A DNA stretch of 30,982 nucleotides from Elusimicrobiota bacterium. GTDB lineage: Bacteria > Elusimicrobiota > Elusimicrobia > F11. How positions within the stretch are numbered: position 1 is the first letter of the stretch; every line of letters begins with the position of its first letter. Below are positions 11,178 through 21,989 of this stretch, one piece after another. The translations under genes were made by a program, and so were the position numbers. The stretch spans positions 1 through 30,982 of the forward strand of contig JBJXGI010000005.1 of assembly GCA_046153645.1 (NCBI GenBank), given 5' to 3'. The notes under the pieces were generated by a model that was not told the origin of the DNA, did not search any database, and saw nothing but the letters and a program-made list of their open reading frames with translations.

Positions 11178-11564
11178 ATGCCTACAACAAGCCAACTTAT
11201 TCGCGGAATACGCGAAGCTCAAATATCAAAAACAAAATCCCCGGCCTTAGAAAGTTGTCCTCAGCGTCGAGGGGTTTGTACGCAGGTTAAAACTGCAACT
11301 CCGAAAAAACCAAATTCAGCGCTTCGGAAGATTGCTCGTGTAAAATTAACGACTGGAATAGAGGTAACAGCTTATATTCCTGGAGTTGGGCACAATTTAC
11401 AAGAGCATTCCATTGTTATGATTCGAGGAGGGCGTGTTAAAGATCTTCCTGGTGTTCGATATCATATTATTCGTGGAGTACTGGATAGCTCAGGTGTTAC
11501 AGATCGTAAACAAGGTCGTTCAAAGTATGGTGCGAAAAGACCAAAAGCCAAGGAGGCTAAGTAA
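11178..11564 (+). CDS. rpsL: 30S ribosomal protein S12
   Basis: [10 protein letters not shown] and [13 protein letters not shown] motifs. Confidence 0.99.
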   Translation: MPTTSQLIRGIREAQISKTKSPALESCPQRRGVCTQVKTATPKKPNSALRKIARVKLTTGIEVTAYIPGVGHNLQEHSIVMIRGGRVKDLPGVRYHIIRGVLDSSGVTDRKQGRSKYGAKRPKAKEAK

Positions 11565-11565
11565 C

Positions 11566-12045
11566 ATGCCACGTAAAGATATCAAAGCCAAAGATCGTAG
11601 GCCCGCCCCTGCGCCAGATCCAATTTATAAATCAGTTTTGATTGCTCAATTTGTCAATAAACTTTTTATTGGCGGGAAAAAAGCAGTTGCTGAAAAAATT
11701 ATTTATAACGCCTTGGAAAAAGTTAAAGCAAAGTCAGGAGAAGAACCATTAGCAACATTTAATCGTGCCATTGAAAATGTTAGGCCACTTCTTGAGGTAA
11801 GAGCCCGCCGTGTTGGAGGCGCCACCTATCAGGTTCCATCAGAAGTTCGTCCGGAAAGAGGGACTGCCTTAGCGATGAGATGGATGCTCACCTTTGCTCG
11901 TGCAAAAACCGGAAAACCAATGTCGGAACGTTTGGCAGAGGAAATTTTAGCAGCCAGTAAAAAAGAAGGACTTTCTATTAAGAAAAGAGAAGATACACAT
12001 AAAATGGCCGAAGCAAATAAAGCTTTTGCTCATTACCGCTGGTAA
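11566..12045 (+). CDS. rpsG: 30S ribosomal protein S7 (start corrected to ATG 11566)
   Basis: MPRK start, [11 protein letters not shown] and [23 protein letters not shown] at 11551-11556. Confidence 0.99.
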   Translation: MPRKDIKAKDRRPAPAPDPIYKSVLIAQFVNKLFIGGKKAVAEKIIYNALEKVKAKSGEEPLATFNRAIENVRPLLEVRARRVGGATYQVPSEVRPERGTALAMRWMLTFARAKTGKPMSERLAEEILAASKKEGLSIKKREDTHKMAEANKAFAHYRW

Positions 12046-12074
12046 TTTACCAACCTAAATTAGGATCACATATC

Positions 12075-14150
12075 ATGACCAAAGAAGATAAAAGTAAAAT
12101 AAGAAATATTGGAATTATTGCTCATATTGATGCGGGCAAAACCACTACAACTGAAAGAATTCTTTATTACACTGGTCGTATTTATAAAATTGGTGAAGTT
12201 CATGATGGAACCACGGTTATGGACTGGATGGAACAAGAACGTGAGCGTGGAATCACAATTACTTCTGCGGCGACACATTGCAATTGGAAAGAATGCGCCT
12301 ACAATATTATTGATACTCCCGGTCACATCGACTTTACCGCTGAAGTTCAGCGTTCTCTTCGTGTTTTAGATGGAGCCGTTGTTCTTTTGGATGGATCTCA
12401 AGGGGTTGAACCTCAATCCGAAACAGTTTGGCGTCAAGCTACAGATTTCAAGGTACCTCGTCTTGTATTTGCCAATAAAATGGATAAGCTCGGTGCCAAT
12501 TTCTTCATGTGCTTAAACTCTATCCACGAAAAACTTGGAGCAAATGCTGTTGCAATCCAACTCCCTATTGGTATGGAATCAACGTTTAAGGGAATCATTG
12601 ATTTAGTTAAGATGAAAGCTTTGGTTTGGGATGGCGAAGAGCTTGGTGCGAAATTTAATGAAATAGATATTCCAGCTGATCTCCTTGAACAAGCAAAAGA
12701 GTATCGTGATAAACTGATTGAAAAATTAGCTGATTATGATGACGATTTTGGGCAGAAGTATTTAGAAGGAGTCGAAATATCAATTCCTGAAATTCATACC
12801 GTCATACGAAAAGCTACGATCACCGGAACTTTTTTTCCATTTTTGTGTGGAACCTCTTTTAAAAACAAAGGTGTTCAGCCTTTATTAGATGCGGTAAATA
12901 TGTACTTACCCTCTCCTGTTGAAAATCCAATTATTTCTGGTGTGGATCCAGAAGATGCTACTGAGGTGACTCGGGAAAAACAAGACAATCAACCGCTTAC
13001 GGCACTTGCGTTTAAAATTCAAACTGACCCTCATGTCGGAAAGCTGACATTTGTTCGTGTTTACTCTGGGAAACTGGTTGCCGGAACAGAAGTCTACAAT
13101 GCCACTAAAAAAACCCGTGAGCGCATTGGTCGTATTTTACGCATGCACGCGGATAAGCGTGAAGAAGTTCAAGAAATTACAGCTGGTAATATCGGAGCTG
13201 TTATTGGATTGAAAGGAGTAACGACCGGGCAAACAATTTCTGATGAAAATAAGCCCATCGTGATTGAACCACCAAAATTTCCAGAGCCCGTTATTTCTCT
13301 TGCAATTGAACCAAAATCACAGGCAGATCAAGAAAAACTGGGGATCGCTTTGGGGCGCTTGGCTGAAGAAGATCCAACATTTCGTATTCGTACCGATCAA
13401 GAAACGGCGCAAACGATTATTTCAGGTATGGGCGAACTGCACTTGGAAATTCTTGTCGATCGTATGAAAAGAGAATTTAAAGTTGAGGCCAATATTGGTA
13501 AACCTCAAGTGGCTTATCGTGAGACCATTCGCAAAAAAGTTGAACAAGAAGGGAAATATATTAAACAATCCGGTGGTCGCGGTAACTATGGTCATGTTTG
13601 GATTAATGTTGAGCCTAATGAAACTGGAAAGGGTTACGAATTTATTGACAAAATTAAAGGTGGACGTATTCCAAAAGAATATATTCCTTCTGTCCAAAAG
13701 GGGCTTTTGGCCGCTTTAGATACGGGAGTCCTTGCGGGCTATCCTGTTGTAGACGTTAAAGTAACATTGTTTGATGGAAGCTTCCATGAAGTTGACTCAA
13801 ATGATATGGCGTTTCAAATCGCTGCTTCTATGGCTTTTAAAGAAGGATGCAAAAAAGCCAATCCTTTATTGCTTGAGCCTATCATGAGAACTGATATCGT
13901 AACCCCGAAAGAATATATGGGAGATGTCATTGGAGATTTAAATCGTCGCAGAGGGCGAATTGATAACGTAGAAGATAAAGGCCCTATTCAATATGTTCAT
14001 GGTTTTGTCCCCTTAAGTGAAATGTTTGGCTACGCTACGACTATTAGATCATTATCTCAAGGACGAGCATCTTACTCTATGGAGCCTAGTCATTACGAAG
14101 AGGTCCCAAGAAATCTTACTGAAGAGCTCGTAGCAACCGCAAAAGTTTAG
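12075..14150 (+). CDS. fusA: elongation factor G
   Basis: [29 protein letters not shown] and GMGELHL motifs; 691 aa. Confidence 0.99.
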   Translation: MTKEDKSKIRNIGIIAHIDAGKTTTTERILYYTGRIYKIGEVHDGTTVMDWMEQERERGITITSAATHCNWKECAYNIIDTPGHIDFTAEVQRSLRVLDGAVVLLDGSQGVEPQSETVWRQATDFKVPRLVFANKMDKLGANFFMCLNSIHEKLGANAVAIQLPIGMESTFKGIIDLVKMKALVWDGEELGAKFNEIDIPADLLEQAKEYRDKLIEKLADYDDDFGQKYLEGVEISIPEIHTVIRKATITGTFFPFLCGTSFKNKGVQPLLDAVNMYLPSPVENPIISGVDPEDATEVTREKQDNQPLTALAFKIQTDPHVGKLTFVRVYSGKLVAGTEVYNATKKTRERIGRILRMHADKREEVQEITAGNIGAVIGLKGVTTGQTISDENKPIVIEPPKFPEPVISLAIEPKSQADQEKLGIALGRLAEEDPTFRIRTDQETAQTIISGMGELHLEILVDRMKREFKVEANIGKPQVAYRETIRKKVEQEGKYIKQSGGRGNYGHVWINVEPNETGKGYEFIDKIKGGRIPKEYIPSVQKGLLAALDTGVLAGYPVVDVKVTLFDGSFHEVDSNDMAFQIAASMAFKEGCKKANPLLLEPIMRTDIVTPKEYMGDVIGDLNRRRGRIDNVEDKGPIQYVHGFVPLSEMFGYATTIRSLSQGRASYSMEPSHYEEVPRNLTEELVATAKV

Positions 14151-14162
14151 GAGAATTATATT

Positions 14163-14501
14163 ATGGCTGAAAAAACAATCGACAATCAACGAATTCGTAT
14201 TAAATTAAAGTCTTATGATCATAGAATGCTTGATGATTCTTTGTCGAAGATCGTTGACACTGTTCAACGGACTGGTGCCAGTTTAGCTGGACCTATCCTC
14301 TTGCCAACTTCAATAAAAAGATATACAGTACTGCGCTCACCACATGCCGACAAGAAATCGCGTGAACAATTTGAAATGCGAATTCATAAACGGTTGGTGG
14401 ATATTCTTGAACCAACTGCCCGGACTGTTGAAGAATTAAGAAAGCTTGATTTGCCGGCGGGAGTGGACGTTGCCATTCAGGTCCCTAGAACGGATTTCTG
14501 A
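14163..14501 (+). CDS. rpsJ: 30S ribosomal protein S10
   Basis: [10 protein letters not shown] and [22 protein letters not shown]. Confidence 0.99.
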   Translation: MAEKTIDNQRIRIKLKSYDHRMLDDSLSKIVDTVQRTGASLAGPILLPTSIKRYTVLRSPHADKKSREQFEMRIHKRLVDILEPTARTVEELRKLDLPAGVDVAIQVPRTDF

Positions 14502-14534
14502 TAGGTAATTTTTTTTTGTTAAACAAATAAATAT

Positions 14535-15275
14535 ATGACAGAACAAATTATGCAAACTAATGAACAAATACAAACACCTGATAACTCAGCTCTCGTGAAG
14601 GGATTATTGGGAACCAAAATCGGGATGACTCGGGTTTACGTTGATGAAGCTGAAATGATTCCTGTGACAATTATTTCCACCGAAGGTGTTGTTATTACTC
14701 AAGTAAAAACAACTCAAGACAATGGATATGATGCCATTCAAGTTGGATATGGAGATCTTGTTGATCGTAAATTATCTAAAGCTGAATTGGGGCACTTAAA
14801 GAAAAATGGGGTTGCTCTTAAAAGGCATTTAAGGGAATTTAGAGTCAAAGACACTTCTATTTTTAAAGTAGGTCAAAATGTGTCTCCTTCTGTTTTTCAA
14901 AAAGGAGATTGGCTTCAAGTTTCTGGTTATTCGAAGGGTGGTGGATACGCTGGTGTCATTAAACGCCATGGGTTTGCCGGTTTACCTCACAGTCATGGCA
15001 ATGGTGAATATCGTCGTCATCCTGGCTCTAGTGGTGCTCAAGGGCCTCAACATGTATTGCCTGGCACACGAAAACCTGGAAGAAAAGGGTATCTTTGGTC
15101 CACCATACCAAAGATTGAAGTGGTCGACGTTGATGTAACAAAAAATTTAATTTTAGTGAGAGGATCTGTTCCTGGACCAAATGGCAATCTCCTTGTTTTA
15201 AAAGCAACAAGCAGATATGTTTCACCAGTCCAACCTGTCAAAGCAGCAACCTCCAAATCAAAAGCTAAAAAATAG
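14535..15275 (+). CDS. rplC: 50S ribosomal protein L3
   Basis: GTKIGMT, GYDAIQVG, SKGGGYAGVIKRHG and VRGSVPGP. Confidence 0.98.
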   Translation: MTEQIMQTNEQIQTPDNSALVKGLLGTKIGMTRVYVDEAEMIPVTIISTEGVVITQVKTTQDNGYDAIQVGYGDLVDRKLSKAELGHLKKNGVALKRHLREFRVKDTSIFKVGQNVSPSVFQKGDWLQVSGYSKGGGYAGVIKRHGFAGLPHSHGNGEYRRHPGSSGAQGPQHVLPGTRKPGRKGYLWSTIPKIEVVDVDVTKNLILVRGSVPGPNGNLLVLKATSRYVSPVQPVKAATSKSKAKK

Positions 15276-15313
15276 CTTTAGAAATATCGAAAGAAAAGAG
15301 TTGTGAAAAATTT

Positions 15314-15949
15314 ATGGAACTAATAGTTATCGATAATAAAGGTCAAAAATCTGGAAGCTTTCAGTTTGATGAGAAATTGGTTGAAACCAAGGCATCTAAA
15401 GCGGTTTTGCATGAAGTGATTGTGGCCTATCAAGCTGCACAAAGATCTGGAACGCATTCAGTTAAAACGCGTGCACAAGTTTCTGGCGGAGGTATTAAAC
15501 CGTGGAAACAGAAAGGAACAGGACGTGCACGGTCAGGTTCGACTCGTTCTCCTCTTTGGCGACATGGTGGAATTATATTTGGTCCCGTTGAAAGAGATTA
15601 TCGCCAAAATCTACCCAAATCAAAAAAACATGTTGCTTTTAGAATGGCGGTTAAACTTGCTTTAGATGAAAATAGAATGCAAGTTGTTGATCCTGTTAAG
15701 CTCAAAGAAGCCAAAACAAAGAATGTTGCAGATGTTTATGCAAAGTGGAAAGCGCCAACGGGTTCCGTTTTTATTGTTGATAAAATAGATCCTAAATTTA
15801 ATCTTGCCAGTAGAAATATTCCAAGTGTTGAGGTTTCTGATGTTGAGTCGGTTAACACTTTAGATGTTTTAAAAGCTCGCCAGATTTATATTACCTCTGA
15901 TGCACTTACGCAGCTTTCTGAGAGAATCAATAAATCCCTAGGAAAATAA
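15314..15949 (+). CDS. rplD: 50S ribosomal protein L4
   Basis: KPWKQKGTGRARSGSTRSPLWRHGGIIFGP. Confidence 0.99.
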   Translation: MELIVIDNKGQKSGSFQFDEKLVETKASKAVLHEVIVAYQAAQRSGTHSVKTRAQVSGGGIKPWKQKGTGRARSGSTRSPLWRHGGIIFGPVERDYRQNLPKSKKHVAFRMAVKLALDENRMQVVDPVKLKEAKTKNVADVYAKWKAPTGSVFIVDKIDPKFNLASRNIPSVEVSDVESVNTLDVLKARQIYITSDALTQLSERINKSLGK

Positions 15950-15950
15950 T

Positions 15951-16229
15951 ATGAGTATTTTAAAGAGACCGCTTGTAACTGAGAAATCAACTTTATTGAA
16001 AGAATTTAATTCTTATGCGGTCGAAGTTGATTTAAACGCAAATAAAAATCAAATTCGAGATGAAATAGAGACACGTTTTAAAGTTAATGTTATTGCCATT
16101 CGCACTGTACGAGTTCCTGGGAAATACCGTAGAAGAATCGGCCCTGTTGGTGGATATCGTTCTGACTGGAAGAAGGCTATTGTTAAAATTAAAAGTGGAC
16201 AACAAATTAAGTGGGAAGAAGTCGCTTAA
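15951..16229 (+). CDS. rplW: 50S ribosomal protein L23
   Basis: PLVTEKS, ANKNQI and WKKAIV; position in the S10 operon. Confidence 0.98.
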   Translation: MSILKRPLVTEKSTLLKEFNSYAVEVDLNANKNQIRDEIETRFKVNVIAIRTVRVPGKYRRRIGPVGGYRSDWKKAIVKIKSGQQIKWEEVA

Positions 16230-16241
16230 AGGAAAATTTTT

Positions 16242-17090
16242 ATGCCAATAAAATCATTTAAACCATATACACCATCTAGAAGATCAATGACTGTTGAGGA
16301 TTTTTCTTGGCTCACCAAGAAAAAACCACAAAAGAGTTTGTTGCGACCATTAATTAAGTCAGGTGGTAGAAATAACACAGGACAAATTATGGTGCGACAT
16401 ATCGGCGGTCGCCATGATCGTCGTTATCGATTAATTGATTTTAAAAGAGACAATTGGGGTATTCCAGGAAAAGTTGTTTCAATTGAGTATGATCCCAATA
16501 GAACTGCTCGTATCTCTCTTATTCATTATATTAATGGAGATAAACGCTATATTATTTATCCAGATGGTCTTAAAGTGGGTGAAACCATTATGTCGGGACC
16601 AAATGCCGAAGTTAAATTAGGCAATGCTCTTCCTCTTTCTTCAATTCCGGAAGGTACTGTGATTCATAATATTGAGCTTGTTCCTGGAAAAGGTGCACAA
16701 ATTGTTCGTTCAGCTGGTGGTGCAGCTCAATTAATGGCCAAAGAAAGAGAATTTTGCCAAATACGGTTGCCTTCAGGTGAAATTCGTTTGGTTCCTTCTC
16801 AAGCCATTGCTACTGTGGGGCAAGTTGGTAACTTAGAGCATGAAAATGTCACTTGGGGAAATGCAGGTAGATCTCGACATATGGGAGTTCGTCCTACTGT
16901 TCGTGGAACGGCAATGAACTCTGTCGACCATCCTCATGGAGGCGGACGAGGGCGATCGAAAGGAAATAATCAACCGCGATCACCATGGAATCAACCAGCC
17001 AAAGGTTATAAAACAAGAACTCGTCATCAAACAGACAAATTTATTGTTCGTGACAGACGTCAAAATCAAGCAGTTGTTTCGGCTGTTTAA
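16242..17090 (+). CDS. rplB: 50S ribosomal protein L2
   Basis: [16 protein letters not shown] and VDHPHGGG. Confidence 0.99.
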   Translation: MPIKSFKPYTPSRRSMTVEDFSWLTKKKPQKSLLRPLIKSGGRNNTGQIMVRHIGGRHDRRYRLIDFKRDNWGIPGKVVSIEYDPNRTARISLIHYINGDKRYIIYPDGLKVGETIMSGPNAEVKLGNALPLSSIPEGTVIHNIELVPGKGAQIVRSAGGAAQLMAKEREFCQIRLPSGEIRLVPSQAIATVGQVGNLEHENVTWGNAGRSRHMGVRPTVRGTAMNSVDHPHGGGRGRSKGNNQPRSPWNQPAKGYKTRTRHQTDKFIVRDRRQNQAVVSAV

Positions 17091-17112
17091 TTATTAAGGA
17101 GCATAAAAGGCT

Positions 17113-17400
17113 ATGAGTCGTTCTACAAAAAAAGGTCCCTATATTGATGAAAAGCTTCTTAAAAAAATCCTTGCCGCCAAAGCTAAGGGCGATAAGAAGG
17201 TAATTAATACATGGGCTCGTGCAAGTACAGTATCACCTGATTTTGTTGGAGTGACACTTGGAATCCATAATGGTCGAAAATTTTTGCCTATACTTATTTC
17301 AGAACAAATGGTTGGACATAAAGTTGGTGAGTTTGCCCCCACACGATTCTTCAAGGGGCATGGTGCCTCTCATACGAAAGAAGCGTCATCTCTCACATAA
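17113..17400 (+). CDS. rpsS: 30S ribosomal protein S19
   Basis: [13 protein letters not shown] and [13 protein letters not shown]. Confidence 0.99.
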   Translation: MSRSTKKGPYIDEKLLKKILAAKAKGDKKVINTWARASTVSPDFVGVTLGIHNGRKFLPILISEQMVGHKVGEFAPTRFFKGHGASHTKEASSLT

Positions 17401-17423
17401 TTTAAAAATTCAAGGAATATATC

Positions 17424-17762
17424 ATGGAAGCGATTGCTAAAGCTAAATTTGCGAGATTTTCTCCCCGAAAGGTGGGACAAGTTTTAGGTCTTATTCGAGG
17501 TAAGTCTGTTGCCAAGGCTTATCATATTTTACCTACGGTGCCTCGCGCTGCAGGTATTTTGGTTTTTAAAACATTAAAAAGTGCATTTGCAAATTCTGGT
17601 GCGGGAGATGCCAATTTAATTTTTGTAAAAGAAGCTTGGGTTGATTCAGGTCCAGTACTAAAAAGAGTTCGCCCTATGGCCATGGGTGCTCGTGGTATTT
17701 ACAAAAGAAAAACATGTCATGTCACTATTAAAGTGGCTGACCAAGCACCAAAGAAGAAATAG
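17424..17762 (+). CDS. rplV: 50S ribosomal protein L22
   Basis: SPRKV..LIRGK, GPVLKRVRPMAMG and KRKTCHVT. Confidence 0.98.
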   Translation: MEAIAKAKFARFSPRKVGQVLGLIRGKSVAKAYHILPTVPRAAGILVFKTLKSAFANSGAGDANLIFVKEAWVDSGPVLKRVRPMAMGARGIYKRKTCHVTIKVADQAPKKK

Positions 17763-17789
17763 TTTAGATTTAAATTTTTAGGAGGAAGT

Positions 17790-18554
17790 GTGGGGCATAA
17801 AATTTCACCGAAGGCATTACGAGTTGGTTATATCCAAGATTGGGAGTCTAAATGGTTTAGCCCAAAAGATATGCCTGATCTTATCGAAGAAGATTTTAAG
17901 ATCCGTCAGTATTTGAGAGAGCGTTTTAGAATGGCCGCTGTTTCTAAAATTCATATTGAAAGAACTGGTAAGTATATTCGAGTCAATATCCACACTGCTC
18001 GTCCTGGTGTTATTATTGGGAAGAAAGGGGCTGATATTGAAGGATTGAAGAAAGAAATTCAGGAAATGACCCGCTCTGAAGCCACTGTTAATGTTGTGAT
18101 GGTTAAACGCCCAGAATTAGATGCTCAATTGGTTGCAGAAAGCGTTGCTTTTCAATTGGAAAAACAAGTGGCGTTTAGACGAGCCATGAAAAGAGCCATT
18201 GAAAGAACCATGCAGGCTGGTGCTGGTGGAATTAAAATTATGGTTGCAGGCAGACTGGGTGGAGCCGAAATTGCAAGAACAGAGTGGCTTATGGAAGGCC
18301 GCGTTCCTCTTCACACCTTTAGAGCTGATATTGATTATGGTTTTAACGAAGCCCATATCACTATGGGGCGCATCGGTGTAAAGTGTTGGATATTTAAAAA
18401 AGAATTTTTCACAAAAACAGATAAAGATTTATTGAGCGAAGCAGAGGTTATTAATCCAGCTGATCCAGCAATTTTAGAAAAAACTCCTGCTGATGATGTT
18501 GCTGCTGACACAGCTTCTACAAAAGCTCTTAATCTTCCTGGAGATAAGAATTAA
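17790..18554 (+). CDS. rpsC: 30S ribosomal protein S3 (GTG start)
   Basis: [28 protein letters not shown] and [19 protein letters not shown] at 17780. Confidence 0.99.
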   Translation: MGHKISPKALRVGYIQDWESKWFSPKDMPDLIEEDFKIRQYLRERFRMAAVSKIHIERTGKYIRVNIHTARPGVIIGKKGADIEGLKKEIQEMTRSEATVNVVMVKRPELDAQLVAESVAFQLEKQVAFRRAMKRAIERTMQAGAGGIKIMVAGRLGGAEIARTEWLMEGRVPLHTFRADIDYGFNEAHITMGRIGVKCWIFKKEFFTKTDKDLLSEAEVINPADPAILEKTPADDVAADTASTKALNLPGDKN

Positions 18555-18556
18555 TT

Positions 18557-18970
18557 ATGTTGATGCCATCACGAGTAAAATTTAGAAAATTACACCGCGG
18601 TCGCTTAAGAGGAACTGCGCACAAAGGGTCAACATTGGCCTTTGGTGAATATGGATTGCAAGCTTTAGAAAGTCATTGGATAACAGCCCGACAAATTGAA
18701 GCAGTGCGTGTTTCTTTGGCAAGATTTACCAAAAAAGGTGGAAAAGTTTGGATTAGAATTTTCCCTGATAAACCTGTTTCACAGAAACCTGCTGAAACTC
18801 GAATGGGAAAGGGTAAAGGCGATCCAGCGTTTTGGGTAGCAGTTGTTAAGAGAGGACGTGTTCTCTTTGAAATTGAAGGTGTGACGAAAGATGACGCCAA
18901 GAAAGCTTTTAAACTCGCCAATGATAAATTACCAATTCATTGTCAATTTATTGAAAGACCTGAGTTCTAA
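18557..18970 (+). CDS. rplP: 50S ribosomal protein L16
   Basis: WIRIFPDKP and ETRMGKGKG. Confidence 0.99.
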   Translation: MLMPSRVKFRKLHRGRLRGTAHKGSTLAFGEYGLQALESHWITARQIEAVRVSLARFTKKGGKVWIRIFPDKPVSQKPAETRMGKGKGDPAFWVAVVKRGRVLFEIEGVTKDDAKKAFKLANDKLPIHCQFIERPEF

Positions 18971-18987
18971 AAATTTAAGGATATTTT

Positions 18988-19197
18988 ATGGCCAAAAAAA
19001 ACGAAAAAGAATTTGATTATAAAGAAGCAAACGTTGAAACTCTTACACAACGTTTGAATAAATCGAGTGAAGATCTTTTTAAATTAAGATTTAAGACAAC
19101 AACAACGCCTGCTTCTAATACCATGGAAATTAGAAATATAAAAAGAGAAATTGCGCGTTTGAATACTTTTATTAACCAAAGGAGAAACAACCCATGA
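18988..19197 (+). CDS. rpmC: 50S ribosomal protein L29
   Basis: LFKLRF..IRNIKREIARLNT; lies between rplP and rpsQ. Confidence 0.96.
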   Translation: MAKKNEKEFDYKEANVETLTQRLNKSSEDLFKLRFKTTTTPASNTMEIRNIKREIARLNTFINQRRNNP

Positions 19198-19457
19198 ATG
19201 CTGAATTACGACCAACCCGCCGGTTGGTAGAAGGATGGGTTGTTTCAGATAAAATGAACAAAACTCGCGTTATTGCTATTCGGTGGTCAAAACGTGAACA
19301 GCAATATGAAAAAGTTATGAATTTAACCACTAAATTATATGCCCATGATGAAAAGAATGAATCAAAGATGGGCGATCGTGTTAGATTGATGGAAATTCGC
19401 CCTCTTTCGCGAACAAAACGATGGTTAGTAACTGATATTTTGACAAAGAAAGTATAA
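19194..19457 (+). CDS. rpsQ: 30S ribosomal protein S17
   Basis: VVSDKMNKT, AHDEKN and RPLSRTKRW; ATGA overlap with rpmC. Confidence 0.98.
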   Translation: MNAELRPTRRLVEGWVVSDKMNKTRVIAIRWSKREQQYEKVMNLTTKLYAHDEKNESKMGDRVRLMEIRPLSRTKRWLVTDILTKKV

Positions 19458-19466
19458 GAGGACGTT

Positions 19467-19835
19467 ATGATTTTACAACAAACTTATCTCACCGTTGCTG
19501 ATAATTCTGGAGCCAAAGAACTGATGGTTATTCATGTGTCTGGTTCTTCTGGTCGTCGATATGCCCATTTGGGTGATATTATTGTATGTGCGGTAAAAGA
19601 TGCTCTTCCTGGTGCAACTGTTAAAAAAGGCGATGTTGTTAAAGCTGTTGTTGTGAGAACCAAAAGAGAGACACGGCGTGTTGATGGGAGTTATATTCGT
19701 TTTGATGACAATGCTGGTGTTGTCATCAATGATGAAGGCGAACCCCGTGGAACCCGAATATTTGGCCCTATTGCTAGAGAGCTAAGAGAACGAAATTATT
19801 TGAAAATTATTTCTCTTGCTCCTGAAGTGTTATAA
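19467..19835 (+). CDS. rplN: 50S ribosomal protein L14
   Basis: [22 protein letters not shown] and [10 protein letters not shown]. Confidence 0.99.
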   Translation: MILQQTYLTVADNSGAKELMVIHVSGSSGRRYAHLGDIIVCAVKDALPGATVKKGDVVKAVVVRTKRETRRVDGSYIRFDDNAGVVINDEGEPRGTRIFGPIARELRERNYLKIISLAPEVL

Positions 19836-19847
19836 AAGAGAAAAAAT

Positions 19848-20177
19848 ATGTTAACTGTAAGAAAAAATGACAAAGTAAAAATCTTGTGGGGAAAAGACCG
19901 TGGAAAAGAAGGTCAAATTTCCTCAGTTAATCCATCAAAAGGATTGGTCCTTGTTTCTAAGCTTAATATTGCAAAGAGACATACAAAGCCTCAGGGTCAA
20001 GCTCAACCAGGCGGAATTAAAGATAAAGAACTTTTTCTTCCCATTTCCAAAGTTATGTTGGTTTGTCCAGATTGCAAAAAAGCCAATAGACCTAAATTTG
20101 ATACTTTATCAGATGGAACGGGAATTCGAGTTTGTCGCAAATGTGGTTCGACAATAGCCGAACCAAAGAAACGTTAG
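19848..20177 (+). CDS. rplX: 50S ribosomal protein L24
   Basis: KOW motif GKDRGKEG; CPDC/CRKC pair. Confidence 0.98.
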   Translation: MLTVRKNDKVKILWGKDRGKEGQISSVNPSKGLVLVSKLNIAKRHTKPQGQAQPGGIKDKELFLPISKVMLVCPDCKKANRPKFDTLSDGTGIRVCRKCGSTIAEPKKR

Positions 20178-20187
20178 GAGAATTTTT

Positions 20188-20754
20188 GTGTCTAGCAAAA
20201 CTAATTATCAACCAAGATTAAAAGAAGCTTTTAAGTCTACTGGTGTGGGAATTCTTAAAGAGCGATTGAAAAAAAATAACGTTAACTCTGTTCCTCAATT
20301 GGAGAAAATCGTTATTAATATTGGCGTTTCTGCCGCAAGAGAAAACATTAAAGCACTTGATATTGCGCATGACGAATTAATGTCTGTTTCAGGCCAAAAG
20401 CCGACGATTCGAAAATCCAAAGCATCTATTTCAGCTTTTAAACTTAGAGAAGGTATGCCTATTGGAGTTGCGGTCACTCTTCGTGGAGCTAGGATGTATG
20501 AGTTTCTTGATAGATTTATCGCAGTTGCTACACCCAGAATCAGAGATTTTAGAGGTTTTAAGCCCAATGGTTTTGATGGTGGAGGGAATTATAACTTGGG
20601 ACTTAAAGAACAATATATTTTTCCTGAAGTAAATGTTGAAAAATCTGATGGCCCTAGGGGAATGAACATCACTTTTGTTACTTCAACTCGTGATGATAAA
20701 GAATCATTCGAATTGCTAACGGTGCTTGGAATGCCGTTCGCTAAAAAGAATTAA
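20188..20754 (+). CDS. rplE: 50S ribosomal protein L5 (GTG start)
   Basis: KIVINIG, FKLREGMPIG and PRIRDFRG; SD AGGAG at 20176. Confidence 0.99.
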   Translation: MSSKTNYQPRLKEAFKSTGVGILKERLKKNNVNSVPQLEKIVINIGVSAARENIKALDIAHDELMSVSGQKPTIRKSKASISAFKLREGMPIGVAVTLRGARMYEFLDRFIAVATPRIRDFRGFKPNGFDGGGNYNLGLKEQYIFPEVNVEKSDGPRGMNITFVTSTRDDKESFELLTVLGMPFAKKN

Positions 20755-20784
20755 TTTAGAGATTAAAGAAGGAGTTTTAATAGA

Positions 20785-20970
20785 ATGGCTACATACGCCT
20801 GGATGGCAAAAATGAGAAAACCGCAAAAATTTGCGACGAGATTTAGAAATCGTTGCAGGCTTTGTGGCCGAGCAAGAGCTTTTTATAGAGATTTTGGTCT
20901 TTGTCGTTTATGTTTCCGAAGTTTGGCTCATAAAGCACAGCTTCCAGGAATTGTTAAGGCTAGCTGGTAG
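20785..20970 (+). CDS. rpsN: 30S ribosomal protein S14, short zinc-binding (type Z) form
   Basis: 61 aa, RCRLCGR...GLCRLCFR, ends PGIVKASW. Confidence 0.98.
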   Translation: MATYAWMAKMRKPQKFATRFRNRCRLCGRARAFYRDFGLCRLCFRSLAHKAQLPGIVKASW

Positions 20971-20984
20971 GTGAGGAGAAAATT

Positions 20985-21374
20985 ATGGATACAATTGGAA
21001 ATATGATCGCACAAATCGCTAATGCAAACCATAAATTTAAGGAATCGATTGATGTTCCTGTTTCAAAAGTGAAAGTTGAAATCGCGAAAGTTTTAAAAGA
21101 AGAAGGTTTTATTAGTAACTACAGGGTGGCTCAAGATAAGAAAACATCTGTTTTAAAAGTGACTATGAAATATACCGCTCAAAAAGAACGCGTCATCCAG
21201 GGAGTCAAAAGAGTTTCAACTCCGGGTTTAAGAGTTTATAAAAAGTGGACCGAAATCCCATCGATAAAAAATGGACTTGGTACCGCCGTCATTTCTACTT
21301 CAAAAGGACTTTTATCCTCCCAAAAAGCACGCGAAAAAAAATTGGGCGGAGAAGTTATTTGTTACATCTGGTGA
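20985..21374 (+). CDS. rpsH: 30S ribosomal protein S8
   Basis: LKEEGFI, RVSTPGLRVY, ISTSKG and GGEVICYIW. Confidence 0.99.
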   Translation: MDTIGNMIAQIANANHKFKESIDVPVSKVKVEIAKVLKEEGFISNYRVAQDKKTSVLKVTMKYTAQKERVIQGVKRVSTPGLRVYKKWTEIPSIKNGLGTAVISTSKGLLSSQKAREKKLGGEVICYIW

Positions 21375-21377
21375 TCT

Positions 21378-21989
21378 ATGACAACTTTAATTGATAAAAA
21401 AGAAAAAATTGCTGAACCACTTTCGCGCCTTGGACGGAAGCCTGTTCCCATTGCCTCTGGTGTAAAAGTATCAGTTCTCAATAATGTCGTTACAGCTGAA
21501 GGGCCGAAGGGGAAACTATCTTTTTCGCTCCCGTTAAATATTTCCGCCAAAGTTGAAGGTGCTGAAGTTAAAATAATGCCTACGATCACGGGCGGTAATT
21601 CCAAAGCACTTCATGGTCTTTCTAGAAAATTGGTTTTAAACATGATTGAAGGGGTAACAAAAGGATTTGCAAAGAGATTATTTGTTGAAGGGGTCGGATT
21701 TAGAACAGCTATTGCTGGTAATAAACTGACAATGACTCTTGGATTTTCTCATCCTGTGATTATGGAAATCCCTAAAGATGTTCAGATTAAAATCGACCCT
21801 AAAACTCCCAATATTCTTTCTATTGAGGGAAATGATAAGCAACGAGTAGGACAAATCGCTGCTCAGATTCGTTCTGTTAAAAAACCAGAGCCCTATAAAG
21901 GTACTGGTATTCGTTATGAAAACGAAATAATTAAGCGTAAAGCTGGTAAGTCCGCTGTTGGCTCCACCGGTGGTGGAGGTAAAAAATAA
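21378..21989 (+). CDS. rplF: 50S ribosomal protein L6
   Basis: SRLGRKP, GPKGKL, LGFSHP and [11 protein letters not shown]. Confidence 0.99.
   Translation: MTTLIDKKEKIAEPLSRLGRKPVPIASGVKVSVLNNVVTAEGPKGKLSFSLPLNISAKVEGAEVKIMPTITGGNSKALHGLSRKLVLNMIEGVTKGFAKRLFVEGVGFRTAIAGNKLTMTLGFSHPVIMEIPKDVQIKIDPKTPNILSIEGNDKQRVGQIAAQIRSVKKPEPYKGTGIRYENEIIKRKAGKSAVGSTGGGGKK

Noticed and set aside
11290..11460. Streptomycin-resistance alleles in S12
   Set aside because: PKKPNS and RVKDLPG are wild-type.
11434..11565. Long N-terminal extensions of S7 (also L15 from 22836 and S13 from 26397) implied by the ORF track
   Set aside because: They overlap the upstream genes, and downstream ATGs match the canonical N-termini.
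3214..14150. Inteins, introns or frameshifts in rpoB, rpoC or fusA
   Set aside because: Frames are continuous, lengths are normal and inserts fall at known lineage-specific sites.
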